A stretch of DNA of 61,147 nucleotides, counting the filler, from Sphacelaria rigidula (lineage: Eukaryota): the NCBI GenBank assembly GCA_964200075.2. It is 6 parts of 6 records of this genome, joined end to end, with 100 filler letters (N's around TTAATTAATTAA, not from the genome) between each part and the next. Parts side by side here need not be neighbours in the genome. Positions count along the whole stretch, not along the records: positions 20,419 to 30,526 come from CAXNAA020007123.1; positions 30,627 to 40,734 come from CAXNAA020007124.1; 4 more parts are not named here. One strand, written 5' to 3'. Below, piece after piece: positions 23,941 through 35,300 of this stretch. The translations under genes were made by a program, and so were the position numbers. The first letter of the stretch is position 1. Every line of letters begins with the position of its first letter. The notes below the pieces were generated by a model. The model saw only the letters and a program-made list of their open reading frames with translations, was not told the origin of the DNA and did not search any database.

Positions 23941-26636
23941 GGTTTCGCTATTTTCATGGTTGGATCTTCTCCAAAAACAATTTGCTTGTCAGAAGAGACA
24001 GAGAGAGAGAGGACAAAATGAAGTAGAAGAAAAACATTGAAATACCATTGTGTTTCGACTGCACCCAGAAAACATCACTTTGGACACATTCAACAGGCGG
24101 TTCAAGCAGCGTTATTGGGCCTTGGCCTGGTCCCATTCGGAACCATTTGGCGCCCTACACACGAACCGACCATGACGAAAAACGACTTCCCCCTCCCTTT
24201 GATAAAACATGTTTCGCTACGCCCCCCCCCTCCCCCCCGTTGTTCCTCCAGTCATTTACACCGATACGACCACGGTCGCTGCCATGAACTCACTACATCG
24301 TGCATCATACTTAGGTACTGGGGACAATCTTCTCCACTATATACTCTCCCTCTACCGGGCACTCTCGAATGGCGTACTCCCCGTCGTTCCCCACCAAATC
24401 ATTCCTCCACAGCTTCCTTCCACCGTTCCTCATTGTGGCCCGAGAAGAGGGGCAAGGGATGTGGTCACCGATGCCGTCATCGTCACCGCTGACGTCGGAC
24501 CAGTTACCCATCCTCGATGGCGGTCTGGCTCGGGGGGGCAGCGCTCTCCTCGCCTCCGCCGCTTGATGCTGCTCTGAAGGCTGTGGCGATCCCGACGGGG
24601 AAGAGGCAGGGTGGGTCGAAGTGGATGATGACGAATCGTAGCAGAAGGACGGGGGGCTAGCATACCCGGACGAGGTCTTGTAGTCCGTGTCCCACAACTT
24701 GTCCTGGTGGTCGGCGGCTGTTTGTAAGGAGGAGCAGTCGTGATAGGCGTCGCGGTGTTGGTGATCGATCCGTCGCGGTGGAGAGCGGAGTTTGTCGAGG
24801 TGTCTTTTAGCAGCTTCGGTATCACCCGTGTGCCCGAGGTTCTTGCCTGCCTTTGCGCGTTCAAGGTTGGCCTGAGTTGAGGTTGGTGAAGGAGCGGGAG
24901 GGGATTTGTGTGAATGTTTCCGAGTCAACATGGCTATTCGTGTGTGTGTGCTGTAAAATGGGTCTCAAGTACTCGTACTGTACAAGTAGGGGTGTTGGGA
25001 GTTATATGGGTGCTGGGGGTCACACTTGAGTTGGAATAATCGAGGACAAGCACCGACTTCGTGTAGCGGGGGCTTCGTCGACCGCGAAACAGACGTCGCA
25101 CTCGTTCGAGATACAGCAGGGCCTAAGAAATACGCAGGAACCTAGACGATGGACGGTGCCCCCCCCACCCCCCCTCACGCTTTAGCCCCTGGTTCGGGTG
25201 GCCTCAGGCTTGTCCACATGAGTACTCTGCACGGCATGAACGTAATCGTCGGCATCCCGCACCTCGTGGCATTTTGGCAACAAGGCCTCGACCCTATATC
25301 GAGCCCGGCGAACTTAGAGGTGGTTTCGAGAACGGTTGAATTGTTGTCAACATACCGCTCAGCGCGTTTCGCGCACTCGTGCATCACAACCAAATTCAAA
25401 ACGAGGCGATTTCGGCCTCGCCTTCCTCATGAAATACGTTCACGCTATCCGGCATCGCTGTCCACTTCTGCGACAGCGAAGCTTGGCTTTCTACTCAGAT
25501 CCAACTCTTCTAGGGTTACAAAAAAATATTGCTGAAAACTGCCCTAGAGCGCTTCTCTGTCGTTTCACGCCCGAAAGGAGGGCGAGGCGGATGCCAACAC
25601 CTCGGAATGACTTGCTCTACTCGTTGACACCGTTCTAGAGCACCTTAGCCTTTCCCGCTGGCCGCAGTTTTAGTTACGGCCGACCTTCGATGTCAGTAGG
25701 AAACGATCGAGTAATAAAAGAGTGACAGTTTCCCCCTCGTTTTTCATCATGTTTGTTATCGAAAATGCAAGGTTGGCCAAAAATGAAATCGCCACCAGTG
25801 GGAAACGCCAAGTTTCACTGGAACGGTCTCAACGGGTAGAGCAAGTCATTCCACGACAATGTCGGTATCCGGCCGATATAGTCCCCTCTTCTGGCGTGAA
25901 ACGACTGAGAGGGGGGGGCAGAAGGCAGTTTTCAACAACTTTTCTTCGAAACCCACTAGAGTTGGGTTGATCAGTGTGAATTTTTTGGAAGCTTGCAATA
26001 TTTTTGCGAAGCACACAAGACAGGTCATTTTTACGCAGCAAAACACGAGTCAGAGCCATCATCACATAGCCAACCCAGGTGCATCATCCACACCGTATCC
26101 ACACTTCGCCAACAGCTCCCTCGTCAAGACATACACCTACTTTATGATAAGTTTGCAGAAGAGAACCCAACAAGACACACATTCCTACTTCAACTCGATG
26201 TTTCGCCGTTTCATCTCGTGGAAGTCAGTGTTTACCAAACGACCGAACATACCTTGATCCCGCGTCGGAACGAATGTCCGGACACGTCGAGCTCCGATCG
26301 GGGTATCCACCGCGGCCCATCCCCTGGACCACCTCGTCCATCCCCGACGGAAGTTGACTTCCCTCGTCGAGGGCCCAGGAACATCATGACCCTCACAACG
26401 CGCAAGAAGTCGTTCGAAGCGATGTGGTTTTCCCCGCCTGTGTGGGTGTCATCCAGCGCCCCGGCGTCATGTTCGTTGCCTTCGTTTTTGCTTTTGCTCT
26501 TCCCGAAACCTCCAATCCTGCTGAACCTGCTCTTACTCTTCGAGGTTTGGGAGGATGGCGCATCGCTTTTCATGATTGCTGCAGAGCAGGAGGAGAATGC
26601 CGCGCCGGTGTGGCTTCGCTCCATGCGCGGTTCGAC
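23941..26636 (-). pseudogene. Candidate multi-exon gene or pseudogene of unknown function (exons 26253-26636, 24311-24871, 23941-23984)
   Basis: 26253-26636 is an open 128-codon phase-0 segment between CAG and GTATGT; 24871 follows a CTCAG acceptor with an open frame; low-complexity S/P/G-rich product; intervening pieces look disrupted. Confidence 0.45.
25500..25967. mobile_element. Foldback MITE family D, copy 2
   Basis: Same inverted arms as 19785-20198, with outer ends ccaactct.../...agagttgg. Confidence 0.85.
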
Positions 26637-28562
26637 CTGACATTGTATGGTCGCACATGCATGTGTCGTGACTTTGTTGAGGTCCGTGGGAAGGTGGTGA
26701 CGGGGGAGTTTACATGGTTTTTGTTGCCCCCATACTCAACTTTTCGTGCGATCGACGCGGGCGACGTACGATGAGCGGCACATTTCGCCGTTGCGGAAGC
26801 GATTTTGTTTGGTAGAAAATGAGGGTATCGTTTCAACCAGATGTCTTTACGACACATACAAATGAGGATCATACAGTACATGCAAGTGTCGAAATGAGAA
26901 GCGTCGAGAAACGAGATGGGTGAATTCTGCATTCGGAATAACGGTCGGGCGTGCTCAAACCACCAGGTGCTAACCATGACTTGGTGCCCTCAGCAAGAAC
27001 TGGGACACCTTGGACGCCTAGGGGGGCACCTGCACACAACCCGGGACGTCCCACAAGGCGTGCAGTGGCCGGGGGCGGGGGGAAGTGGGGAAGGGGCGCA
27101 GCACCTATCCGAGCCAGGCCTTTCAACTCTCGAATCACATGGCGGACTGTTCGTCGTCTATTTGGCACCTTACATATCGTGTTATAGTTTTGCGAGATTG
27201 CAGCCATCCCGACACACTAGACTATACCCTTTCGGTTAACGAGCAGTGATTTCGAACCTCCGAGTTGCGTGTTGTACGCTGTAAGTGAGTATCATATTGC
27301 CGGGGATGAAGGGCATTGACCCCTTGTGAGCTGCCTTCCTGATGCTAGCACTCCAAATGTCACAGAGAGTAGCGTCGAACACCGAGCTGTAGCAAAAAAG
27401 GATTCGGTTCATCGCTCGGCAGCTCCAGTACATGTATGCACGCCAACACTGCACAACTAGATGTCACCAGCCTCTTCGATCAAGCTATTACGGAAGGCTG
27501 GGAAAAGAGATCGCGGCCGCGTAGGGCATTACTCATGCCGAGCTCGTCCATGTGCTGCGCTTCACGGTAAACGTTCTGCAGCCAAGGTCGTGTAGTCAAC
27601 ACGAGATGTGGTCCGCTGCTCTTTTCACCACAGCGACCAAGTCAATTCCCAACACATCAGCTGCTCGAAGCGTACACCCTTCAAGCAGGCCGCGACCTAC
27701 GAATCGATGTGATACTGCTCCTATCACAGTCTCATTACATTACGGGAGAAGTGAGATGCAGACTACCGCCCGTGGAATATACGAAGTTGAACTCACCGGT
27801 GATGCAAGATCGTAAAGCATGTTGATCCCAGGTCGATGTGCTCGCTTTGTCGTCAGCTATCCTCTCGATGTGCTCGCTTCGCGATTGAAGATTTCGAAGA
27901 CAGCAGCGGTACGGTGAGTATACAGCAAAACAGAAGAACCGCTGTCGATCAACGTATTTTGCGGCCTGTCTCCTCGGCGTAAGCTCTTGAGGGTTTCACT
28001 CGGTAAATCGACGCTGGTGTTGTGGGGTGGCCTCGTAGACACTGCAACTGATGATGTGGGGCCGGGTGGACTCCGGTTTGGGGGTTAGGATCAACGTATC
28101 AACATGTGGCAACCATGAATAGGCGGCGCAATTTTAGTTGCAGAACAACAGATGACGTGTGATACGCGGATCTGCCCGAAAAGGCATACGCACGAACATT
28201 ACACAATTCAAACAAAGAGCTGCCATAAACATCAGTAATCTACAGGAGCGGGAAATAACAACCGCCCGGGTGGGGTGGTTGTTCTTCAACATGAATATTA
28301 TTTTTTTCACAGTCTTTCGTTGTATCCAATGCTTTCCATTCACGGTGACTCGAAGGCTTGGTGGCATGACCGCACCGCAGTTTTCCGCAGAATGTAGAAG
28401 CCGCCGATACTAGCTAAGTTTGCGACCGACTGCAACTTACTCGTATACTCGGGGGTTGTGTGGAGGGGTGTTGTAGACCGCCAATCGATCATATCACGGT
28501 ACACTACGGACTGAGGAGGTAGAATCACTCTGCAAATCATACTACATGACGTGTACCACTAC

Positions 28563-28607
28563 CAAAGGGTATGACATACAGACCTGGTCTGTATGCCATA
28601 CCCTTTG
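28563..28607. mobile_element. 45-bp hairpin element with 8-bp target-site duplication (hAT-like)
   Basis: caaagggtatgacatacagacc-t-ggtctgtatgccataccctttg flanked by accactac / accactgc. Confidence 0.75.
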
Positions 28608-29526
28608 ACCACTGCCATACGACAGCTTGTCAATCGGGCTGTTTTTCGGTCCTCTAAAGTCCGTTCGGTGTTGATGTGGTTTTCGGTGCGTTGAAGTTAT
28701 AATCAGTGTTGTCAATTATGATATATGGGTGGAATCGAAGATCCAGCTGGGTGCGGAAGCATCAAGTAAACCCCTTGAGCACGATATGCCACAGATCGAC
28801 CCTCTCGGCCCTGGCTATAGATCGACAGCTGAGAAAAGGTGAAAGCCCATTGCTTCTTCGGTTTAAAAAATATCAGGGGCAGAAAGTATTCCTCGCGAAT
28901 ATAGAGGACGGCAACTGCTCAGGTGTCGAGAGAGTGTGTATAGAGAGAGAGCCGTCGAGGTGTGCCGCGACATCGTAGGACACCTGGCGAAAGTCAGCCG
29001 ACGATAATATTCCGAAAACCCCATGGACCGAAAGACCGACCTTCCTGCAGGACCTGCATATGGCGGGAGGTCTCGACTTGTTCTGGTTGGCCGAGAAAGG
29101 GTAGCAGCTAACCATTGATAAAGTGGTCACAAGAGAACGGAGGGTTTATTCACCGCACTTTACTCAAGCGGCCTGGTATATCTCACAGTGATTTATGGTG
29201 AAACTTACTGCAGGACCTTCCACAACTGGTGTTTCTGACTACGCACGGCTGTACGGTGTGCACGCTGGCGTGGGCCATGCAATCGACGGCCAATTGAATG
29301 TTGGATGTTGTAAGGTGCATTTGACGTTGAGGACCGTACGGTACTCAATAAGTAACGGAAAACAACATCCTGGCGATGTGTTTGTTTATCTCGTACTCGT
29401 ATATCGACCATGAACAAACTACACTGATTTTCGTATACCGCCTGTCTGCGTCCTTCGCAGTTCACCGCCCCATCAAAAGGCATCGATGTAGCGCCTGTTG
29501 TGCAGTGTCGTTTTGCTGGTGTTTAG

Positions 29527-29790
29527 ACCTTGGAGGGCGAAGCGGGTAATCCATCTGGATCACGCATACTTCTTTCAACTGAAATTGATATCGATTCAGC
29601 AAAATCGCCGCCAAAGGGCTTAGAGCGCGATTCGGGTGGTCCATCTGGATCACGCGTACTTTTTCAAGTGAAATTGATGTCGATTCAGCAGAATCGCCGT
29701 CGAAGGGTTAAACCTTAGAGCGCGAAGCGGTTAGTCATATCTGGATCACGCGTACTTTTTCAGGTGAAACTGATGTCGATTCCGCAGGTA
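29527..29790 (+). repeat. Three tandem ~90-bp units
   Basis: atctggatcacgcgtactttttcaagtgaaattgatgtcgattcagcag recurs three times. Confidence 0.9.
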
Positions 29791-29928
29791 ACCTACCCTC
29801 TCGGTCAAAGGGTTCAGGTTCAACGGTCATTTCCACACCACCCCCCAACAAAATAAAGGCCGACTGACACTCTCGTGTTACGTTGGGGGTTGGGGGCATG
29901 TACGGTAGAGTCGGTGTCATTCGGCCGA

Positions 29929-30266
29929 CACACGCGCGGCCATTTGGCTACACCCCAAAATGCCTCCGGAGGGATGCGCGGTCCTCCGGGGGGAAAACAA
30001 GCCTCCGGAGGCTTCCAACCCCTCTGGAGAGGGAACCAAACTCTACCGACCCGGAGGGCCGTGCACCCCTCCGGAGGAATTTGGGGGCATGCGCGGTCCT
30101 CCAGAGACAAATATAAGCCTCTGGAGGCGCTTAACCCCTCTGGAGGAAACCAAAAAATCTCCTCTGGAGGGCCGCGCACCCCATCCGGTGGCGTTCAATT
30201 CCTCTGGAGGCTCGAAAAGTGTACCCACCCGGAGTAGTTTTGGAGGTAGTCAAATGGCCGCGTGTG
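29929..30266. mobile_element. MITE with TIR CACGCGGCCATTTGRCTAC and internal CCTCYGGAGG palindromes
   Basis: Inverted termini, plus about 10 cctccggagg/cctctggagg motifs in two ~115-bp internal units. Confidence 0.8.
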
Positions 30267-30526
30267 CAGTAGTATAACATGTCCCAGGGCTTTATAATAA
30301 CTCATGTTTTTCCCAGATAGGGAAAGCGCTGTTTTCGGCTTGTTCCTTGGTTTGAGCCTCATTTATTTGTTTTGCATGCCAGAATAAGCAGTTCGACGAT
30401 ACGAGCTGGGCCAGCCCAGAAACGGATTTAACCTAGCAGAGCAATATCTCATCACCGGAAACGAGTTGGGCCGTGGTCCGCATAATATCGTATTAATCGT
30501 TGAATCAAGGGGAAGGTGCCCATCTT

Positions 30527-30626
30527 NNNNNNNNNNNNNNNNNNNNNNNNNNNNNNNNNNNNNNNNNNNNTTAATTAATTAANNNNNNNNNNNNNNNNNN
30601 NNNNNNNNNNNNNNNNNNNNNNNNNN
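30527..30626. other. Artificial contig linker
   Basis: N44-TTAATTAATTAA-N44. Confidence 0.99.
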
Positions 30627-30990
30627 AAGAAAGCATAATTGCAAGTCCCCATGGAAGAAAAAAAAAATATGAAACTGCAATTTCGGGTGGGGGACCTAGA
30701 CCTGCCAGAAAGAAGAAAGAGATATAACAGTCGTCGAAAGGAGGAGGAAGTAGGTGGACAGAATTGCCTCTGTGGCAAAGGAATAGAGAAAAGAACTATT
30801 ATTATATTGGCAGAATGTGAACTATACAAGGGGGAACAGGACGTGCTCAAGGGGGACATACGGGACGTAAACGAAGGTGGCATGAAATTGTTTGATGCGT
30901 TAGACAGTAGGGAGAAAGCGATGGCTATACTAGGAGATAGCTGGTGGCCACAGACGGGAAAACAGGACAGGGATAAGATACAAGGGTGAA
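30627..30990 (+). mobile_element. LINE ORF2 C-terminal fragment with decayed zinc-binding motif
   Basis: KLQFRVGDLDLPERRKRY..NCLCGKGIEKRTIIILAECELYKGE. Confidence 0.75.
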
Positions 30991-31014
30991 TCCTGGAAAA
31001 TAAGGTCCATCTCA

Positions 31015-31227
31015 AAAATGAGGTTGAAATGGCATTTCGTTTTCGCAGGGATGATGCGAAACACTTACGACCAAGCGAAGCCATCTCTCCCCCCAAATAT
31101 CCGCAGCAGTTAAGCAGCTGTGGCTAGGTGCACCTAACGAATGCGGTGTACACACGTGTCGATGACGATATCACCAAAGAGAGAAGCAACGACAGAGAGG
31201 AAGCTCCTTGTCCGTGTTCTTTGTGTT
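31015..31227 (+). repeat. Dispersed repeat family F (inverted copy at 40835-41065)
   Basis: About 210 bp of close reverse-complement match on a different contig. Confidence 0.9.
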
Positions 31228-32339
31228 TCCTCGCTCGGCGATTACCAAACTCCAAGACACTGGCATCATCGATGTTACCAGCAGGTGCCCAATTTTCCAT
31301 GTGCCGAAACATTGGCGTGCGGAGAGATTTCCTCTCTTCTTACAATGGCCTGTTGAGCTTACCAACGCGAAGGTCGATTTCTCTCTGCCTCTCCTTTTGG
31401 ATAGGGCGCGCCTTTGTGCGCTGACAAACATGTCGTTGAAAAAAGGGCAATGTTCTCGGCACCGCTACTACTGTTCTCTGTCACACACACGCCAGCAAGG
31501 GCGGTGGTGCGGCCATATCAAACAGATTCAATTTGAACTTGAGGGGTCTTATTAATCGTTCAGTTTACCCACATCTGACCCTCTGGGTGCCCGACGAGAA
31601 CAACGTGCCACACGCCAGTTGAGGGGGAGGGGGTGAGAGATCAAACTCTTGTAGAGACCTTTTGGACATGCGGAGTGAAAAAAAGATACGTATGGTGGTG
31701 GCCTAACTGTTGCTAGTGTGGCGCACAGGAGTCCGTCCATGCAGCAATCTGGAGCACACACTGGTCGCGTGAGCACCTCGGTACAGTACGAGTAGCTTTC
31801 CAGAACTATTCCGATGTGAGAAAATCATGCATTACAAGCTGGGACGAGAGTGCTCTACGATCAACCACTTGTCGTTGCATTTGAGACCCACGCCATCAAC
31901 CGCCGACAGCGAAGGTCTTGCTTTCACGCAACGCTGTCGGTAGTACGGCAGGCAAACCCGATCATAGATAGCTTTCGTTGCTCTACCGTACTTCCTCCCG
32001 ACCGAAGTTCGCAACAGGTATGAAAGGTAAACAGTTGATTTTTCTCAACTACATCCACCCAGTTCAAACGACTCTCAAGACCTGAGGGAGGACGGCTTTC
32101 CTGCCCCCCCGCCAGATATTAATGAAGGACGATATAGTTTTTACAACTGCATACAATACTTATGGGGGTACGAAGAGTTTCTTCTCGATGAAAATACGTG
32201 TTTTTCAACCTGCAAGGAGTTTCATGCGCATTGGTTTCTAATGCGAACGGTAACTTGTCGATTTCTGTTCCGTTCTCCACGGACTGTCTGATGCCGATCC
32301 CAGAAAAGCTTGGTATTGCTATTTGACGGTATCTTTGCG

Positions 32340-35300
32340 TGTTTAGCCGGACCCGAGGCGGCCACCTTCCCTTGAGAAAAGACGGTGCTAGAGCGGGTGG
32401 AGCTAATCTTGTCCAATCTGGAGAAGTACTTCACAGAAAATCCGAACGTTGAACTACTACATCGTTCCCCCGATGGTGAGTTCATTCCTGGCCCGGCTGC
32501 AGTAGGCTTTGGTGGAGGGATCGGCGCCAAAAAATTGAAGCAAGCCGCTTGCCAAGTTGCAGCACGAGACGAATTGCAAGACCGACCTCTACCTGGTAAT
32601 GGACACCGTCGTGGCCGAGGCCAAGGAGTGGCGGAAGATAGAGGTGTTCGGCCAGTCGTCCACCTGCCATTACGCGCGCGATTACTCAACGTCTTCCGGT
32701 GGCGAGTCTGGGCAGTCTCATGCCGCGCGCCATCAGCATCGTCAGCACGAGAGCAAATGACGAGGCGATCGAGGTGGTGGTGGACGCGGATTTTCCGGCG
32801 GTGGAGGGTCGCAGTCGAGTTCTCAGCAGTAGCAGCAGGGGCAGCGGCGTCAGCATGGGTCCAGTTCTGGGTCTGGCGCCGCCGTAGGTGCTGCTGCTCC
32901 GCAACGGGAGGTGCAGGTGGGACCGACTTGTACGGTATCGAACACTGCGCCGGCGCTGGTGGAGGCGCCAGTGGCGAGACCGGCAGCAGCGCCAGGCGTG
33001 ACGCCTGCTAACGCGCTGGTCGGAGTTTCACCAATGTTTTGGTCTGCTGGCTGAGGGTTGTAACCGCCGGCGGTGTCGTTTGAACCTGCTGGGGCGTCTT
33101 CGCCTGCGCAGCTTGCGCAGCCGTGGCGTCAAGTGGGATTAACGGCGCATCGGTCGGCGAATGAAGTGTCGATGGAGTTTGCAAGCAAGTATGTACCTGC
33201 GGAGCTGTGCCTCCTAAGTCAACGGGAGCGTGGAGCCATTTCGGTTCGGGCTGTGTTGGATCCTGGCGCTCACTTCACGATTCTGTCGGCGCGGATTGTA
33301 GAGATGTTGGAGCGTCTTCTCCCGGGTGTGCCGCTGCGCATTCCGTCTTCGCTCGGGGTGCGGCAGGCCATCACCGCGCCGGGTCAGCATGTTTCCATCA
33401 CGGAGCGTACTCTTCCGCTGCAGCTAGCTTTCACGACTTCCTGGGGGCCGGCGCCGTTGCCTCCGATCTCGTTTGCGATCATGCTGGGGTCGGATGGCGT
33501 CATCCTTCTGGGGTTGCCGACGTTTCAGTACTTTGGAGTCGACCCGTATGCGCGGTTGTGGGACTCCATGAGGATGCGGATGTCTCCGCCTGGTCTGCGT
33601 GTGGAGACGCCCGCCTTTTTAGGCAGTCGTCGCGTGGGTTCGTCGGTGGATGCTTTTCAGGAGGCGGGGGGGGTAGGCGACCGAGGAGCGAGATGAGGCG
33701 GTGGAACGCTTGGTGGAGCGCGGCCTGGAGATGTTTATGGATCCGGCAAGAGGAGTCCGCTCGAAAGGTCGCGCTGGAGGAGAGCGTGACCGCTGCTGTG
33801 GCGAATATCCTCAACGTCTAAAAAGAGGAGCACCTGCGCGGCGTCTCGCATCGCCGCGTCAACGCGTTTCGTCGTGCGCTTCGGGGTGATCCCCCTGCGC
33901 GAGTGGATTCCTTGCGTGTTCAACTTAAACCTGGGGCATCCGCGGTGAAGACGAAGCCGCGGCTGTAGGATCCGGTGAAGTCGACTTGGTTGGCGTTGTG
34001 CATGGCGACTCTTTTGCCGCTCGGGTTGGTGTTCCAGAACTTGTAGGCGGTGTGGTTCAGTCCGGTCATGGCGGTTCTGAAGAAGGACTCGTTTCGCCTG
34101 GTGAGCGACAACAAGGCCGTGAATGAGCAGGTTGAGAAGTCGCCGGGTGTGATGCCCAACCAAGAGTTAGACATGCTTGATCTGTTGAGTGCTCGTTTTT
34201 TCGGCAAGTTGGACCTCCCCCAAGGTTACTGGCAGATGCCGTTGGTGGAGGAGGCGCAGGAGATTTTCACCATCACTTATTCGTTAAGCTTGTTCACCCC
34301 AAACCGAGTGCCGCAAGTTGTACTGAAGGCCACGGCTTATTTTCAAGGCATCATGACAGAACTTCCCGTCGATTTGAAATGCAAGGTATGGGTGGATGAT
34401 GTGTTTTCTTCCCGGACACGGAAGACGAACTTTTAGACACGCTTGATGCTATCTCGGCTCGTGTAGAGAGTATTGGTTTGTTTTCGGCTGCGAACAAATG
34501 TACCCTTTTCGCTAGAGAACTCGTGTTGTGGGAAAGTGTACTCACACGGACGCGTATCTCATGACCCTGTCAGATTGCAAGGCTTGTCTGACATGCGGCG
34601 TCCGGATACGGCCGCAGAAGTCATGCAATTCCTTCAGGCCGTGAACTGGCTGCGTACCTCGTTGCCGCGTATGGCAGAAAGGGTAAGTCCCTTGCATTTC
34701 TTCATCGAATAACTCATGGCAGGTTCTGCGAGGCGGACAAAGCGTGTGGCAAAGAACCGCGCTACTCCGCTTGCATCGTGGGCGGAGGGCAGGCTGCAGG
34801 CGTGGGTGGTAGCGAAGGATCTGGTGGCCCGTGTTGTAGTGCTGTTTCATCCTCGTCCTCATTGTCCGGTGTTGATGTTTCTGGGTGCATCTGAGTGCCA
34901 TTGGGGAAGCTTCGTCACGCAGGTGCCTCAAGTTGAAATGCAACGACGCTTGCCGGTCGAGCATATGACGCATGAATCACTGGCTTTTCTCAGTGGTAGT
35001 TTGAAGGGTTTCAGTTGCGTTGGGCCACAATTGACCAGAAAGGTTTTGCTATCGTGAGCACTTTTCGTCGTTTGGAGCATCTTTTGTGGGATGGCGTGCA
35101 CATTTTCACGCATCACCGAAACCTTGTGTATGTCTTCGACCCGGAGGCGTGCGTTACATCTGTGTCGAAGACGTTGGCACAACGTTTGGAGGGTTGGAAA
35201 TGTGTTCTTGGCCAGTATCGTTACTCAATTTTCCATATCTCGGGCGACCGTAACGCGTGGGGTGACTTGCTTCCGCGTTGGGTGACTATCCCGGCTTTGC

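Noticed and set aside
29527..30266. CRISPR-like arrays
   Set aside because: Units are degenerate tandem copies with homologous spacers, no cas genes are present, and the context is eukaryotic
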